A program made the position numbers and the translations under genes. A stretch of DNA of 63,251 nucleotides, the filler included, from Reticulomyxa filosa (taxonomy: Eukaryota; Protista; Foraminifera), in assembly GCA_000512085.1 (NCBI GenBank). It is 20 parts of 20 records of this genome, joined end to end, with 100 filler letters (N's around TTAATTAATTAA, not from the genome) between each part and the next. Parts side by side here need not be neighbours in the genome. Positions count along the whole stretch, not along the records: positions 13,818 to 18,941 come from ASPP01008779.1; positions 19,042 to 30,472 come from ASPP01020061.1; 18 more parts are not named here. One strand, written 5' to 3'. Below the pieces are notes generated by a model, which saw only the letters and a list, made by a program, of their open reading frames with translations, was not told the origin of the DNA and did not search any database. Positions 14,994-26,977 of this stretch are shown in pieces; the stretch's first letter is position 1; the number at the start of each line of letters is the position of its first letter.

Positions 14994-15851
14994 GAATAAC
15001 AATAACAACAAACATATCCCCAAAACATTACCTCGTGGAGTTTCCTTGCCCATCGTCGGCTTCCATGGCAAGACGCCCAGAGATCATCGCATCTCCATTG
15101 TGAGGGACGAAGAGTTTGTTGACGAGGAATTCGCTCTATTCGACGTCGATGCCACAAAGGGCAAATGGAAGAAGCTCGCCTTGCGCATGGTGTCACCAAC
15201 TCAGTCACTCAAACAACAACAATCGCAACCCATTTCCAAAAAACATCCCAACCGGATCAAGTTAAGCATCCCCTCTCAAGTCGTCGAGGAAAATGACAAA
15301 CATTATGACGACGGAGACACGGCCACCACTGATACCAATTATACCACTCCTACTCTCCATGCTAGCTCCAATAAAGAGGACACTAGCACGCCCATACCTT
15401 CCAACATCAAAACCAACGAGGAGCAAACTCAGTCTGTTCAACACGACAAAGCTGCTCATGACAATCTGCTTCTCCACGTTCAGAAACCAGACTCCAACAA
15501 AAAGTCACGTTCTCCTCGTGCAGAGTTCACTAAAACTATCATTGAAGTCAATCGAGATTTTATCGCCATTGGTGATGGGTAAAATCAACAACTTTTTTTT
15601 TTGTAAAAACTTTGTTTTATTTCAAATATATGCATATATGTACGTGTATGCTTTTTTTTTTTTGCAAAAATGGGTCATTCTGTTTTGTCTGCGGGGAAAA
15701 AAAATACAGACATATAAATGCAATTTATATTGACAAGAATTTAAACCATGGGACTACGAGCAAGTGCCCGGCTTTGAAATCTCCACTGTTGGTGCAAAAT
15801 CCAAACGGAGATTTTCAAATTCGGCACATTGAGGTGTGGTGTGTCGAATAG
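13862..15851 (+). CDS. TLDc-domain protein (OXR1/TBC1D24-like C-terminus), 5' partial
   Basis: LWVWLP...LLFSTRDHGYQLATLYRK|CLGRQNILVLIETT.NESFG (intron 14207-14286), then DFIAIGDG and AIYIDKNLNHGTTSKCPALKSPLL...FQIRHIEVW. Confidence 0.85.
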
Positions 15852-16386
15852 AAATATTTGTTTTTTTTATTACTGTTTCGGATTTTGGAACGAGGCAAAA
15901 GGGGCAAGGGAAACGACAAAAAGAAACTTGTTGTTTTTGTGATCAATCATACAAGTGACTATTTGCGTTTGAACCGATTTTCAAACTGTCGATCAATCTA
16001 AAATGTTGAATAAAGATAATTCTCTCATTTGTCAAACAAATAAAATGCAACAAATTGTACAAATATACGTTTTACGGCTGTCAATGTTTAAAAAAACGAT
16101 TTTTTCTTTGCATAATCATTTACTTTTCAAAAAAAATTATATGGTCAGGTACGTAGTGGTATTTGTGGTGTATGGGACCTATTGTAAGTCCGGGCCTGGG
16201 TTGCTCATTGGATTTTTTTTGTTTTTTTATTAAATGTTAGAATTTATCGTTGGAATGTTTTTTCCTTTATGAAAGAAACAAATATTTTTCAAACTCAAAA
16301 AAAATGAATCATCTTGGTTTTTCATAAAAAAACTTTATTTTAACAAAAATAATCAATCATTCATGTTGTTTATTTTTATTGGATTG

Positions 16387-17578
16387 TCACTTTTGAGCAG
16401 CAAATCCTTTTGGACCAAAAGCCAATTCCAATTCTCGAGCAGCAGAAATAGGTGAATCACTGCCATGTGTTGCATTTTCAGTGAAACCAGTTGCTATATA
16501 CATAGGCATATAAAAAAAATATCATATACATTATATTATATCATATTTATATAACAAAAAAAAATACATACCATATCTTGCTCGTAAACACAATGGATAA
16601 TCTTGTTTTGCAGTATTAGGATTTGTTGGTCCCATTAAATAACGCCATGCTTGGATTGCATTAGGAGCACGTAAATGTAAACAAACTACATCTCCTCCAG
16701 TCATAAATCCAACTAATTCATCAAAGAATTTTTTTCCCTAAGAAGGAGAAAAAAAACAACCTAAAAAAAAATAATTAAATTAATTTTCTTTTTATAACTT
16801 TATGCTCTGCATAAAATTCTTCTGCCTGCAATTTTGTTAATCGAATTTCCTTAAATTTTACAACGTCAAATCCTTCCTTTTTTATTTCGGCAATAATTGC
16901 ATCTTTATGAGAAACTGCATTTGGTTTAATCATTGCATATGTATCTTCTACATGAAAAAAGAATCCAACTTCTCTTTTAGCACTTTCTGGAGAATCACTT
17001 CCATGAGCAGCATTTTTAGTAACATTTTCACCTATTTATATTTAGTTCATTAGTTATTCATTATTGTTAAAGATTTCACAAAGAGACACGAAAAATCGCA
17101 AACATAAAAAAAAACAATCAATTCATTCTTATTTTTTTAAAATACACATACCATACAAAGCACGAATAGAATTTGGTGCTTCTTTTTTTGCAGTTTCCAC
17201 ACTTGTTGGTCCCATCACTCGTCGCCATTCTTTTATTGCGTCTGCTTTTTCAAGCAACAAAGCGATTGTTGGGCCTGATGTCATAAATGTGCACAATTCA
17301 TCGTAAAATTTCTTTCCCTGTTTTAGTTTGTTATATGCATATACGTTTGCTGTTTCCAACCTCCCTACGCATTGTTGTAAAGCTTATACGCAATAATTAA
17401 CTCGATGTTCGGCATAAAAATTTTCCACTTGATTTCTTGTCAATGTCACTTCTTTCTGCTCAGCAATTGTGAAGCCATCTTTTTTAATCAAACCTATGAT
17501 ATCTGCACGCTTGGAATACGCATTTGGTTTAATCAAGCCTAATGTTTGCTCTTTTCCTTGCTTTGGATCCGCTGCCAT
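16387..17578 (-). CDS. Nucleoside-diphosphate kinase with two tandem NDK domains; exons 17578-17402, 17317-17152, 17031-16799, 16737-16572, 16493-16387
   Basis: The spliced frame gives TLGLIKPNA...FYAEHRGKKFY..FMTSGP...MGPT...IRALYG..KNAAHGSDS, then TYAMIKPNA...FYAEHKGKKFF..FMTGG...MGPT...LRARYA..ENATHGSDS. All four introns are GT-AG. Confidence 0.93.
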
Positions 17579-18225
17579 TGTTGTTTTATATAAGTAAAGG
17601 ATCAATTAATAACAAAGGACTGGAATTAACTTAGCCCTGGGTGTACTGTACTTTGGTTTCAGTTGTCGACAAAAGCTAAAACTAAATTATCATGAAACCA
17701 AAAACGTACAAAAGAAATTTCATATAAACCAACATCGAGATTATCATTGAAACAATTTGTAATCAATAGATGAGCTATGAGCGATATTATTAAGAAAAAA
17801 GTTAATTAATGTACTGTCCTAACTTTGTTTGGGTACGTTGATTTTCTGTGATCATTGTTGATAATAATATACAGCTTTTCGTACAAAAATCACTGTCAAC
17901 CACAAGAGATAAGCAAAAAATAAATCTGCTTGTTCAGCACAATTAATTAAAGTGTATTATGTTTTACAACACTTATGATATCAAATGTTTATGTGCTTTT
18001 GAAAATAGGATGTCTCTTTTAGATATGAGCAAAATGTATTTTAAATAGCAAATTTAAACTTTCAAAAAGTTGCATTCATTCCAACCATGTAAATTCACAC
18101 TGTCACATGATTTTACAAAGTTACACTCCACCCTTTAGGCTCTAAAGTTAAAAAAACCACGAAAACATAAAATACAAGACGGAAAATAGTTTTTTGCTGG
18201 TTTTTTTGTGTTCAGGGGCTAAATT

Positions 18226-18921
18226 TCAAGGATGGGCAGTATTGTCGAGAATGAACGGATGCTTGAGCACATCTTCTAAAGATAGTCGTTTTGATGGATC
18301 TTTTTGTAGCAATTTGGTGATAAATTCACGTGCTGCGGGCGACACATGACTTGGAAACGCTAACTCAACTTTTGAGATTTTTCGGTAGGTGTCACGATAC
18401 CCTTGTGCTTCGAATGGAGGTTTTCCAACCAAAAATTCATATGCAAGTACACCCAAACTCCAATTATCAACGTTTGCGTCGTGCCTTTTGCCTTCCACTA
18501 TTTCTGGAGGCAAGTAATCCAGTGTACCACATAATGTTGTTCTACGAATATCTGGGACAGGGTGATGGACTGACCAGCCAAAATCACCAATTTTTAGATT
18601 CCTTTTTTTTTTTTTTTTTTTTTTGCAACGATAACAACAAAAATACACAAAGTTATTTTGTGCAAGCTTGTTTTTTTTCATGAACACACCTTTGTGTCCA
18701 ATGAGCAGATTTTCCGGCTTAATGTCTCTGTGAATAACATTTTTTTTGTGACAATATAATAAAGCATCCGCAAGTGATTGAATGTACTTGGCAGTCTTTT
18801 GTTCTGAGAACACCTTTTCCTTTTGCAAGCTTTTATATACTTCACCTTCTGCCGCGTATTCTAAAATTAGATATACTCTCACTTCGTCATAAAAATATCC
18901 GTACAATCGTAGAATGTTGGG
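18226..18921 (-). CDS. AURK: Aurora family Ser/Thr kinase, 5' partial
   Basis: [57 protein letters not shown]; intron ~18602-18690. Confidence 0.95.
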   Translation of the reverse strand, partial: PNILRLYGYFYDEVRVYLILEYAAEGEVYKSLQKEKVFSEQKTAKYIQSLADALLYCHKKNVIHRDIKPENLLIGHKGVFMKKNKLAQNNFVYFCCYRCKKKKKKKRNLKIGDFGWSVHHPVPDIRRTTLCGTLDYLPPEIVEGKRHDANVDNWSLGVLAYEFLVGKPPFEAQGYRDTYRKISKVELAFPSHVSPAAREFITKLLQKDPSKRLSLEDVLKHPFILDNTAHP

Positions 18922-19041
18922 ATGTCTTTTTTTTTTTTTTTNNNNNNNNNNNNNNNNNNNNNNNNNNNNNNNNNNNNNNNNNNNNTTAATTAATTAANNN
19001 NNNNNNNNNNNNNNNNNNNNNNNNNNNNNNNNNNNNNNNNN

Positions 19042-19711
19042 ACACACAAATATACACACTTTTAAATTCCAATGGAAATCATACAACAAAACAAAAATTT
19101 GGAGTCCACGACTTTTGCAAGATACACCAATAGCATATATTGATCTGCGGATGCACTCCATGCTTGGCTTGTTTGGCATTGCGCAGCTTCATAAATGTAG
19201 ACGATACATTTGGCAGTCTTTTACCATTTGATAATGCATTTCGCAAATCCAAAACGATGTATCCAGCGAGTTGGATGTGCTTATGTTTAGTCATTAGTTG
19301 AAATTTTTTCAAATCGATTGGAATTTCTGTCAATTCATTGCTTGGTGAAAAGAAATTAGGAATTATGTAAAATTCCAGTTTTATGTTTGAACCTTGCCGT
19401 TTTAGATCTTGTAATGTTTTCCCATCAAATTGCCATTCTAATGCTTCATTCCATGTCGGACATTTCTTGTTCTCTTCAATTCTACCACTGCTCTCCTCTT
19501 CCGACAAAGTTGACATCTTCACCACAGACGTCTGGTTTACACAATTGTTGAAACTGCAACGGAAAAATCCTCCGGCGTGTTCTTCTTGTCCATAACTAAG
19601 TCCAAAGTGTTGACTGTCTTCTATCTGAACAGTTTGTTTTACACCATTTCTTTTATGAGCGAAATTTTTTTTTTCTTACTCTAAAAAAGTACCTGCACTC
19701 GCAATGTCCAT
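19042..19711 (-). CDS. CEP120: CEP120-like N-terminal C2 domain protein, 3' partial
   Basis: VQIEDSQHF...PTWNEALEWQFDGKTLQDLKRQGSNIKLEF...GYIVLDLRNA resembles the CEP120 C2A pattern ([25 protein letters not shown]...GYIVLDLR). Confidence 0.65.
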
Positions 19712-21029
19712 GACAAGGACATTGTTTTTTCCTTAACCGGCTTTGTTTCTTTCCCTTTTTTTTTCCAGTGGCTCCAGCCTTTTTTTTGCAACTGTAAGAA
19801 CGAAAACGTGAGAAGTGAACATCTATCTTTATGAATTGCTCTCACAAAGAGAAGATAAAAAATAAAGGTAATATGAAATAGAATAAATAATCACTTTTGA
19901 AACAATTTGTAATGTTTTCAGATCACTAATTTTGAAAGTGCAACAAAATTTTTTCTGTGATAATGATAATTTGTAGATATTAGTGCTTAATCTATCATTA
20001 AATCGCAAATAAGTAACAATCTTTTGAGTACTGAGTTTTTTTAATTTGAGCCATAAATAACTCAAAAATATCAGAAACTCCGATAACTTAGTCAAATACC
20101 CGGAGTTATAATAAATCCAAGACCGTTTTCATAAATATTATCTTTGGTTTTTTTGTCCCAACATAATCGGTCTATCAAAAGTGCAATTAAAATCCGAGGA
20201 CTAACAATTTTTAATAAAATAAAAAATTGATGGCGAATTTCAGCAAGACTGTAATCAGAAGTTTAAATATTATTAGCATACTTAAAAGTGATAAAGAGGA
20301 AAAAATTATTTTCGCAATTTCAATTTTTACAACATTTACGTTCACAAAAAACGATTAAAAAGTAAAAACAATTAAAGTCAACAACCAAACGCAATTAAAT
20401 GGCGTTTTGCGTCATCTTCCTTCATCAATTAAAATTTGTTGCAACTCTGTACACAAAAATAAAAATTGTTCTGTCACAAAATCGATTTTTCATCAAACAA
20501 TTTATGTGTGCATTTGATTGTCTTGTGAGCTCATTGAAAGGAAGAGCTTTCAAAACAACAATGCACAAAACACCTCGGTGAAAATTGTTCTGGCGTATAC
20601 AACTAGAAACGCACTGTACTTTACGTTCACAGTGCGTTCGCTGATTTATCTCTCTCCGAATACGATACGCCCTTTTTCTCCTTTCAAACAGTTTTAACAA
20701 AAAAGAAATTACCATTATATTTTTAAACACGCACCCGCACTATCGCAAAGCAAACAAGTTTCTTTTTTAACAAAAAAAAAAACCACTTGTTACAACCCTT
20801 TGTAACAAAAAATTTCTGTTCACAGTGCTAAGAGGCTGTCTATGAATTCTTCACAAAATCTTTGGATTTATTATTTTGTTATGTGGCTCTGGAAGCGTAA
20901 CGACTATGTGAGGAACAAAGTAAACCGTTTCATTTGAGAAACACTTCAAATTTCTTTTTAACGCTTTCATTTTTTAAGTTAGTATAAACGTACACTATTT
21001 CTAGCAGTGAAAAAATAAAATTATAGGAA

Positions 21030-21560
21030 AAACTACGAAAGGTCTTTTAGTGCAACGAAACTCTATTCCATCTAAATCGGAAACAATCCCGAACTAACAT
21101 TTTTTTCCCAATATGTCTTTATTGTTTGTAAAGCTGGCACTTCTTGGATTCCAAGCATCTGCCAAGTGGATGTCAACAGGCGTCAAATAGTACGTACAAG
21201 TTGTGTTACCAACGGGCAAAAAAGTGAGCAAGAAAGAATAATGGCATAAATTACAAACAATAGCCGCTTCGATACATCACCACGATTGCGAAAAATTTGC
21301 TTATATGTAATGTTATAAAATCTGTCGAGGAAAAAAAAGGTGATAATGAGCCATATTTTACAAAAAGTTTGTGTGCATGGAATAAAGAGTGCACAAAAAT
21401 ATCATCGTTGGACAACATGGTCCAGCATTAAATCGGTAGGAAACGTGAGTTTAGTACAAAGTCCACCACTATGTGAAGAGAAAGCAAAAGCATTGGGCTG
21501 CGAACTTATTTCCGAGGCAGTGGTGTGGTCTGTAGCTTCTGTTAAGTGGTTCATTGTTGT
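21030..21560 (-). pseudogene. Possible degraded membrane-protein gene
   Basis: Broken minus-strand frames with hydrophobic stretches (SKRLLFVIYAIILSCSLFCPL; NTTCTYYLTPVD). No clear family. Confidence 0.25.
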
Positions 21561-21730
21561 ACATAAAATATAAGAGTTAAAAAATATATATGCAATACTC
21601 GGAGCAGATATTTCGGTCAGTTTCTGGCTAATATCGTTAGCGCGATATTGCGCTGTTTTTTTAAAGTCGAAAAAGGTTAGTCCTCAAAGAGACAAGAAGA
21701 AGGGGGGGGGAAAAAAAATGATAGATAAAT

Positions 21731-22033
21731 GTGGTTGCATTGACCTATTTGGGATCAGTTTCGACAAGAGATAAAGAGGAAATACAACGTCTAAAACAAC
21801 AAGCCCAACATTTTGAAGAACGCACGATAGCTTTGGAATCACACATGACATCATTGAAAGATACAAATCTTTCCCTTTCTCGCGAAGCAAATTCACAGTT
21901 GGGCAAGTTTTCTGGCGCGACTTTGAACTTTTCTCAAGAACAAACATTTTTGCGGGCTAAAAAAAAACATGCATTTTTCGGTGATATCCATGATATTGAT
22001 GTTGTTGACATACTGGAATTAAGTAGAATATGA
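21731..22033 (+). CDS. Small hypothetical coiled-coil protein
   Basis: DKEEIQRLKQQAQHFEERTIALESHMTSLK heptads; start uncertain. Confidence 0.45.
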   Translation: MVALTYLGSVSTRDKEEIQRLKQQAQHFEERTIALESHMTSLKDTNLSLSREANSQLGKFSGATLNFSQEQTFLRAKKKHAFFGDIHDIDVVDILELSRI

Positions 22034-22406
22034 CACTTGTTCCAATATTTGACATAGCTTTTTGTTTTGTTCTCTTTTGTTTTTCGCGATTCATTCAGCT
22101 CGAAAAACATATAATAAGAATATTTTGATCAATTAAAGTATTTTTCCATTTCTTTGTACACTTTTCTTCTTCAATCAATTAGAACTTTATAATATGTGCG
22201 AAAAAGACAAGCGGGAGTAACATGATACATATGCATAAAGTAATTCCACTACCTGTTTATAGTTATCGGAAATGTTTGTTTTGCTTTCTGTATCTAATCG
22301 TCGTACGAAACAACTCTTGTTTTTTTAATTGCTTGAAAAATTTTGTTGAAAAGAATTTTCGGGAAGTTGCCATTAATCATGTGAACTAAAAAAAGAGATA
22401 TAAGCA

Positions 22407-24248
22407 ATGTCACAACGACAGCCAGTAAAACGTAATATCGATGAAATATCCAAAGATAACGTGATAATAGATTTGGTTAGTATTGATGATGATGAAGCGA
22501 CTCCAAATGACACAGCAGCTATGTCACCTCCAGCCCCAGTCACAAAAAAATCTCGAACACAAACGGAGCAACAACCGAGCAGCGTAGTGCGACAACGAAA
22601 TGAAAAACCGTCAACAAGAGCAATTCCAACACCAACACTACCAACACTAACAACAACAACAAACTCAGAACAAAACGGAGTGACGGGAATGAATGACAAG
22701 AATAGCAGCGTAAATGAAGGATTTCGCCGAGGTCCATTACTTGATTGCTCACAATGCAATAAACGACTGACAAATGGACGATCTTTTCAATGTCCAGACG
22801 GGCATTTATTTTGTGAATCATGCCATGGACAGTTGGATCAATGTCGACAATGTCAAAAGCAGTTTCCAAAAGGAAGCAATGGGAGCCGTAATCGGCCATC
22901 AGAGCAAACATTGGAAACAGTACATGAACCGGGAAAGTTGAAACAAAATGCTGACGAAGCAAATTCGGCCCAATTGACCTCACATAAGCAACAGTCGAAT
23001 CCAATACAATGTATTTTTTGGATGTTTGGATGTGATGCAGTATTCAAAGGGAATGAGAATGACAATGAAGACGAAAATGAGATGGAATGTAATGCAAGTG
23101 GAAGTGATGGTGACAGTGACAATAATAACAATAATAATAATAATAACAATAATAATAATAATGATAATGATATCCAAACACAAAATAAAAAGAACAACTT
23201 ATTTATTCACCACGTACAATATTGTCGTTATCGCCCATCCAAATGCATTTTCACAGATACTTGCTTGTGGGTTGGAACATGGAAAGACCTTTCCAAACAT
23301 GGCAAAGATGAACATGACGTTACCTTAAACTCGGATATAGACATAATAAATTGTGAGAGTCATGATTTTGTTCAGTGTTATAAATTTGTCCATGCTATTC
23401 GCTTCCCTTCTTGCGTGGTTGACAGTATCATAAACACTGCAAAATCAAAACATGACAATGATAGAGAGGACAAATTCGAAGAGATACATCCCTCGTCGCA
23501 AGCACAGCCATCCAAAGATAAGTTTCAAAAGCAAGATACTTACTCCATCCAACTGGCATGGTCGAAAACATATCACTTTGCTGACGGTGCAATTTTTTTA
23601 GTAATCGCAAAGTTTCATAAAATGGAGTTGCAAGTGGTGGTTCGAAGCTTGAAGATTAAAAAACTGTATAATGGACATAACTTCATACTGAAAAGCATTG
23701 TCCCTTTTATTCAAAAACATGAGTCCAATTTGGTTCAGTACTTTGAAAAGTACAACAATAGTCAAGCCAATGACAAGAACCACAATAATATCAATGGGAC
23801 AAATACCACTTCATTGTCGCATAGTTACAACAAAGCATATATGGACCAATTTTTGGACTTGTTGCGACATCGAGACAGCAACGATGAAGTCCATATGTGC
23901 CATTATCAAATGGACGGTGCTTGCGAAATTGAATTGTCTTCCACAACACCATGTGAATTGTTTACTTTTTGTCCAGTCCCAATGAGTGAAAATAAAACAC
24001 ATCTTTCTGCTCGTCATGATTATAGTCGCTCTCCCAGATTTGTTTGGCCATGTGTCTTATATCATGCCGACACCTCATTTCAATGGGAAGAAAAAAACTT
24101 TGAATTGTGCAAAATCCCTATCGGGATCATTCACAAGTATTGGAGCATCTCGCAGGGGTTTTGCAACGGAACTACCCTCCAAAATCAATTCAATAATGCC
24201 GTCCTCCGATTGTCCGTTAGGATTAGGACACCAAGTCTTGCGGACTGA
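22407..24248 (+). CDS. SINA/SIAH-type RING E3 ubiquitin ligase-like protein, intronless, 613 aa
   Basis: RING LLDCSQC...FQCPDGHLFCESC...CRQC followed by RNRPSE; SIAH-type Zn finger C..FGC...H..YCRYRPSKC...C.WVGT..DL.KH..DEH. Confidence 0.85.
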   Translation: MSQRQPVKRNIDEISKDNVIIDLVSIDDDEATPNDTAAMSPPAPVTKKSRTQTEQQPSSVVRQRNEKPSTRAIPTPTLPTLTTTTNSEQNGVTGMNDKNSSVNEGFRRGPLLDCSQCNKRLTNGRSFQCPDGHLFCESCHGQLDQCRQCQKQFPKGSNGSRNRPSEQTLETVHEPGKLKQNADEANSAQLTSHKQQSNPIQCIFWMFGCDAVFKGNENDNEDENEMECNASGSDGDSDNNNNNNNNNNNNNNDNDIQTQNKKNNLFIHHVQYCRYRPSKCIFTDTCLWVGTWKDLSKHGKDEHDVTLNSDIDIINCESHDFVQCYKFVHAIRFPSCVVDSIINTAKSKHDNDREDKFEEIHPSSQAQPSKDKFQKQDTYSIQLAWSKTYHFADGAIFLVIAKFHKMELQVVVRSLKIKKLYNGHNFILKSIVPFIQKHESNLVQYFEKYNNSQANDKNHNNINGTNTTSLSHSYNKAYMDQFLDLLRHRDSNDEVHMCHYQMDGACEIELSSTTPCELFTFCPVPMSENKTHLSARHDYSRSPRFVWPCVLYHADTSFQWEEKNFELCKIPIGIIHKYWSISQGFCNGTTLQNQFNNAVLRLSVRIRTPSLAD

Positions 24249-24968
24249 GTGCATCGGAAGTGTTTTGTTTTGTTTTTTGAGTGTTAAAGAGAAAGAATTT
24301 GAAGTTTTCTATCCTTTGATTTCTTTAAAAAATTACCTGGAGAGGAAAACGGTTCGAACATACTACATATTTTTCCTTTGATTATTTGCACTGCATTCCT
24401 TATTTCTCATTCATGTTATCACACTAGCATTATTGTGATTCATTTCCTGGACAATCATTTTGCTGTTTTTTGCTATTATGTGCTGAATTGACGAGAACGG
24501 AAGTGCTTTTAGAAAATGCTTCCACTTTTTAAAAAAGTTTAATGAGGTGAGGAAAGTGGTACCGCTAGGAACTTTTCAAAGTCTTTGCCGTTTTTCGTCT
24601 TGTTTCTTTGTTTTTTAACTGTAAGTAAGATTTGCTTGATCAAATTTGCAAAAAAAGTAATTATATTGCACTTGAACAAACAATGTGAAAGGCGTCATTT
24701 TTCATACACATATTTTCATCACGTGATATATTATGGGCAAACTGATGTGAAAATATCTATAAAATAATATCCTCAGAACAGGTGCAACAATTGCCATAAA
24801 ATACATTTTTAATAAAAATAAACATTTTTTAGGATATATCGAATATATAATGATATTGCTGATAGTTCTGATATAAGAATTTTTATATAAATTAAATTCA
24901 AATATAAAATGAATGAACCACTTCCCACAAACAAAATAAAACTGAAAACCAAAGTAAAACAAAAGGAA

Positions 24969-26640
24969 TTAGTTAGGTCTTCTGGTTGTAAAACATACAA
25001 AAATAAGAATCAAGACAAGAAAGGACAACAACTGCTCAAACATGCCGCTTTGATAAATGAGTGATCCCCTGCTTGGAGAAAATAATAACAAAAAGAACAC
25101 AAAAGACAAACGCAAGTAGTAAGTAAAAGTATTGAGATAAAAATAATGAAAATTGACCATATTTAGTAACCAATTAAGCTTCGATTTCTGCTTTCAAAAA
25201 TTGACATTTTAAAGAGCATGCAGTAAAATCGGTTTGCAAGCATTGCCATAGCTCTCGCAACTCGCTCACTTTATATTCTTTGTCTTGGCTTGTCGTTTCG
25301 ACGTCACGGACAAGTTTCGTGACCTTGGCTAGTTTTGATGATATTTCATTTGATTGGCTTAACAACGACAAATGATAGCTCGAATCCTTACATGTTTTAT
25401 ATATGTTATCTGCTTTGAAAAAAAAAGAAGACGAAGAAAAAAAAGGACAACAAAACTAATATGCAAAACCGCAAAACAAATTGCGAGATATGGTCAATTT
25501 GTTTGATGACGTGTGGCAAGCGTTTACGTATTGAACGAACTAATGCAGTGTCATCCTCGGAGTTATTCGACATAAAATCAAAAACTGTGCTTGTTCCAAC
25601 ACGCAGTCGATCGGATACTACCAGTGAGCACAATGGAGAGCTATTTAAAAATTTTGCAATGGAAGCACACACAAAGTATTATACGTAAATAAAAATGTAT
25701 TTTATACTTTTTTTTTTTTTTGAAAGAGTAATCAACTTTGCAGGAAAATAGTCAACACCATTTTGTGACACCACCATTTTCAAAAATCGATACCAAATAT
25801 AGGCAGTTTGGTAGTTATCCCATAACAAATATACGGGATTATTCGTATTGTTGTGTGTATAAATTGCAAACGTCAAATGCTTTAAACCTTGCAAACTTAT
25901 CTCATCATTGTTCTCTTTATTTTTGTCACAGTCGAACCCATTTTTTAGAGATCTTAATTCCCATTCATTCAATGTCCCAACTTTTTCTATATCTAAGCAT
26001 TTTTTTTGAAAATTACGTCATAAAAAAAATTCTCACATTGATACGTATACTATATTTAACCCTTAGCAAAAAAAACAATGCCTAGCATAAAAATGTTTGT
26101 TTGTTTTTTCCATTCAATTTTCTTCTCAACTTTCTATAGGCATTGTATTATTTCCAAATTGTAAAGTGTGATCATGAACGCGACAAAATTGCCATTCTGT
26201 TCTTTGCATGTCGTCAGCGTTCACAAAGCTCAGAACAATCTATAGTGTTTTTTTTTTAAGTAATGACTTTTTTTTTAACAAACATTGTCCATGAAACTGG
26301 CATTCTCGGCAAAAAAAGGTACATGCGTCATCGCTCTCTTTTTTTTTTTTTTTTGTTGCAAATTATTACTCAACAGCAAACGATCCTTGTCTCACAACTG
26401 TTAATGCATTGACAACATGCGAAATGTGTCCATTTTTGTCAATTGAAGACGCACGCCAAGAAGTAGGCTCCATTGGCGCACATTTTTTGGTATCGATTTG
26501 GACTTGCTCTGTAGCTTTGTTACTGGATTCATAACCTGAGAGCTTCTTCACCTGTTTTCGTAATCTTATTTTTTCCACAACAACGTTTTACTTTGAGCAT
26601 TTTGGAGGTAGACAAGCACTTACAATGGTATCCAGGATCG
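24969..26640 (-). CDS. Multi-exon hypothetical protein (possible PH-like segment plus coiled coil)
   Basis: Colinear minus-strand ORFs 26366-26578, 25679-25972, 25406-25672 and 25174-25371 separated by AT-rich intron-like DNA. Confidence 0.45.
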
Positions 26641-26977
26641 AACAGTCACAAGAAAGGACATTTTGTTGTCAAAAGGCTATCTATGCTTCTTTTACAGGAA
26701 GAACAAAAGATTTTTAATTTGTAAAAAGGTCTATTTGAACGAAAAAGAGTCAATGTTTTGTTTTTTCAAAAAAAATTAATTGCGTTGGTGTCTGAAATAC
26801 AGTATATATTTGTTTCTATTCTTTTTTAACAATATTGCAACATAGCACTTGAATTATTGCATATGCTATTGCATACAGTTGTATCGTAGTTACTGTGCTT
26901 CTGAAGCGCTCAGACAAGTGTTGTTTTTTCCTCCTATTTTGGGATCCAAATTGAAAAATTTAGTCTTTGTCAACATC

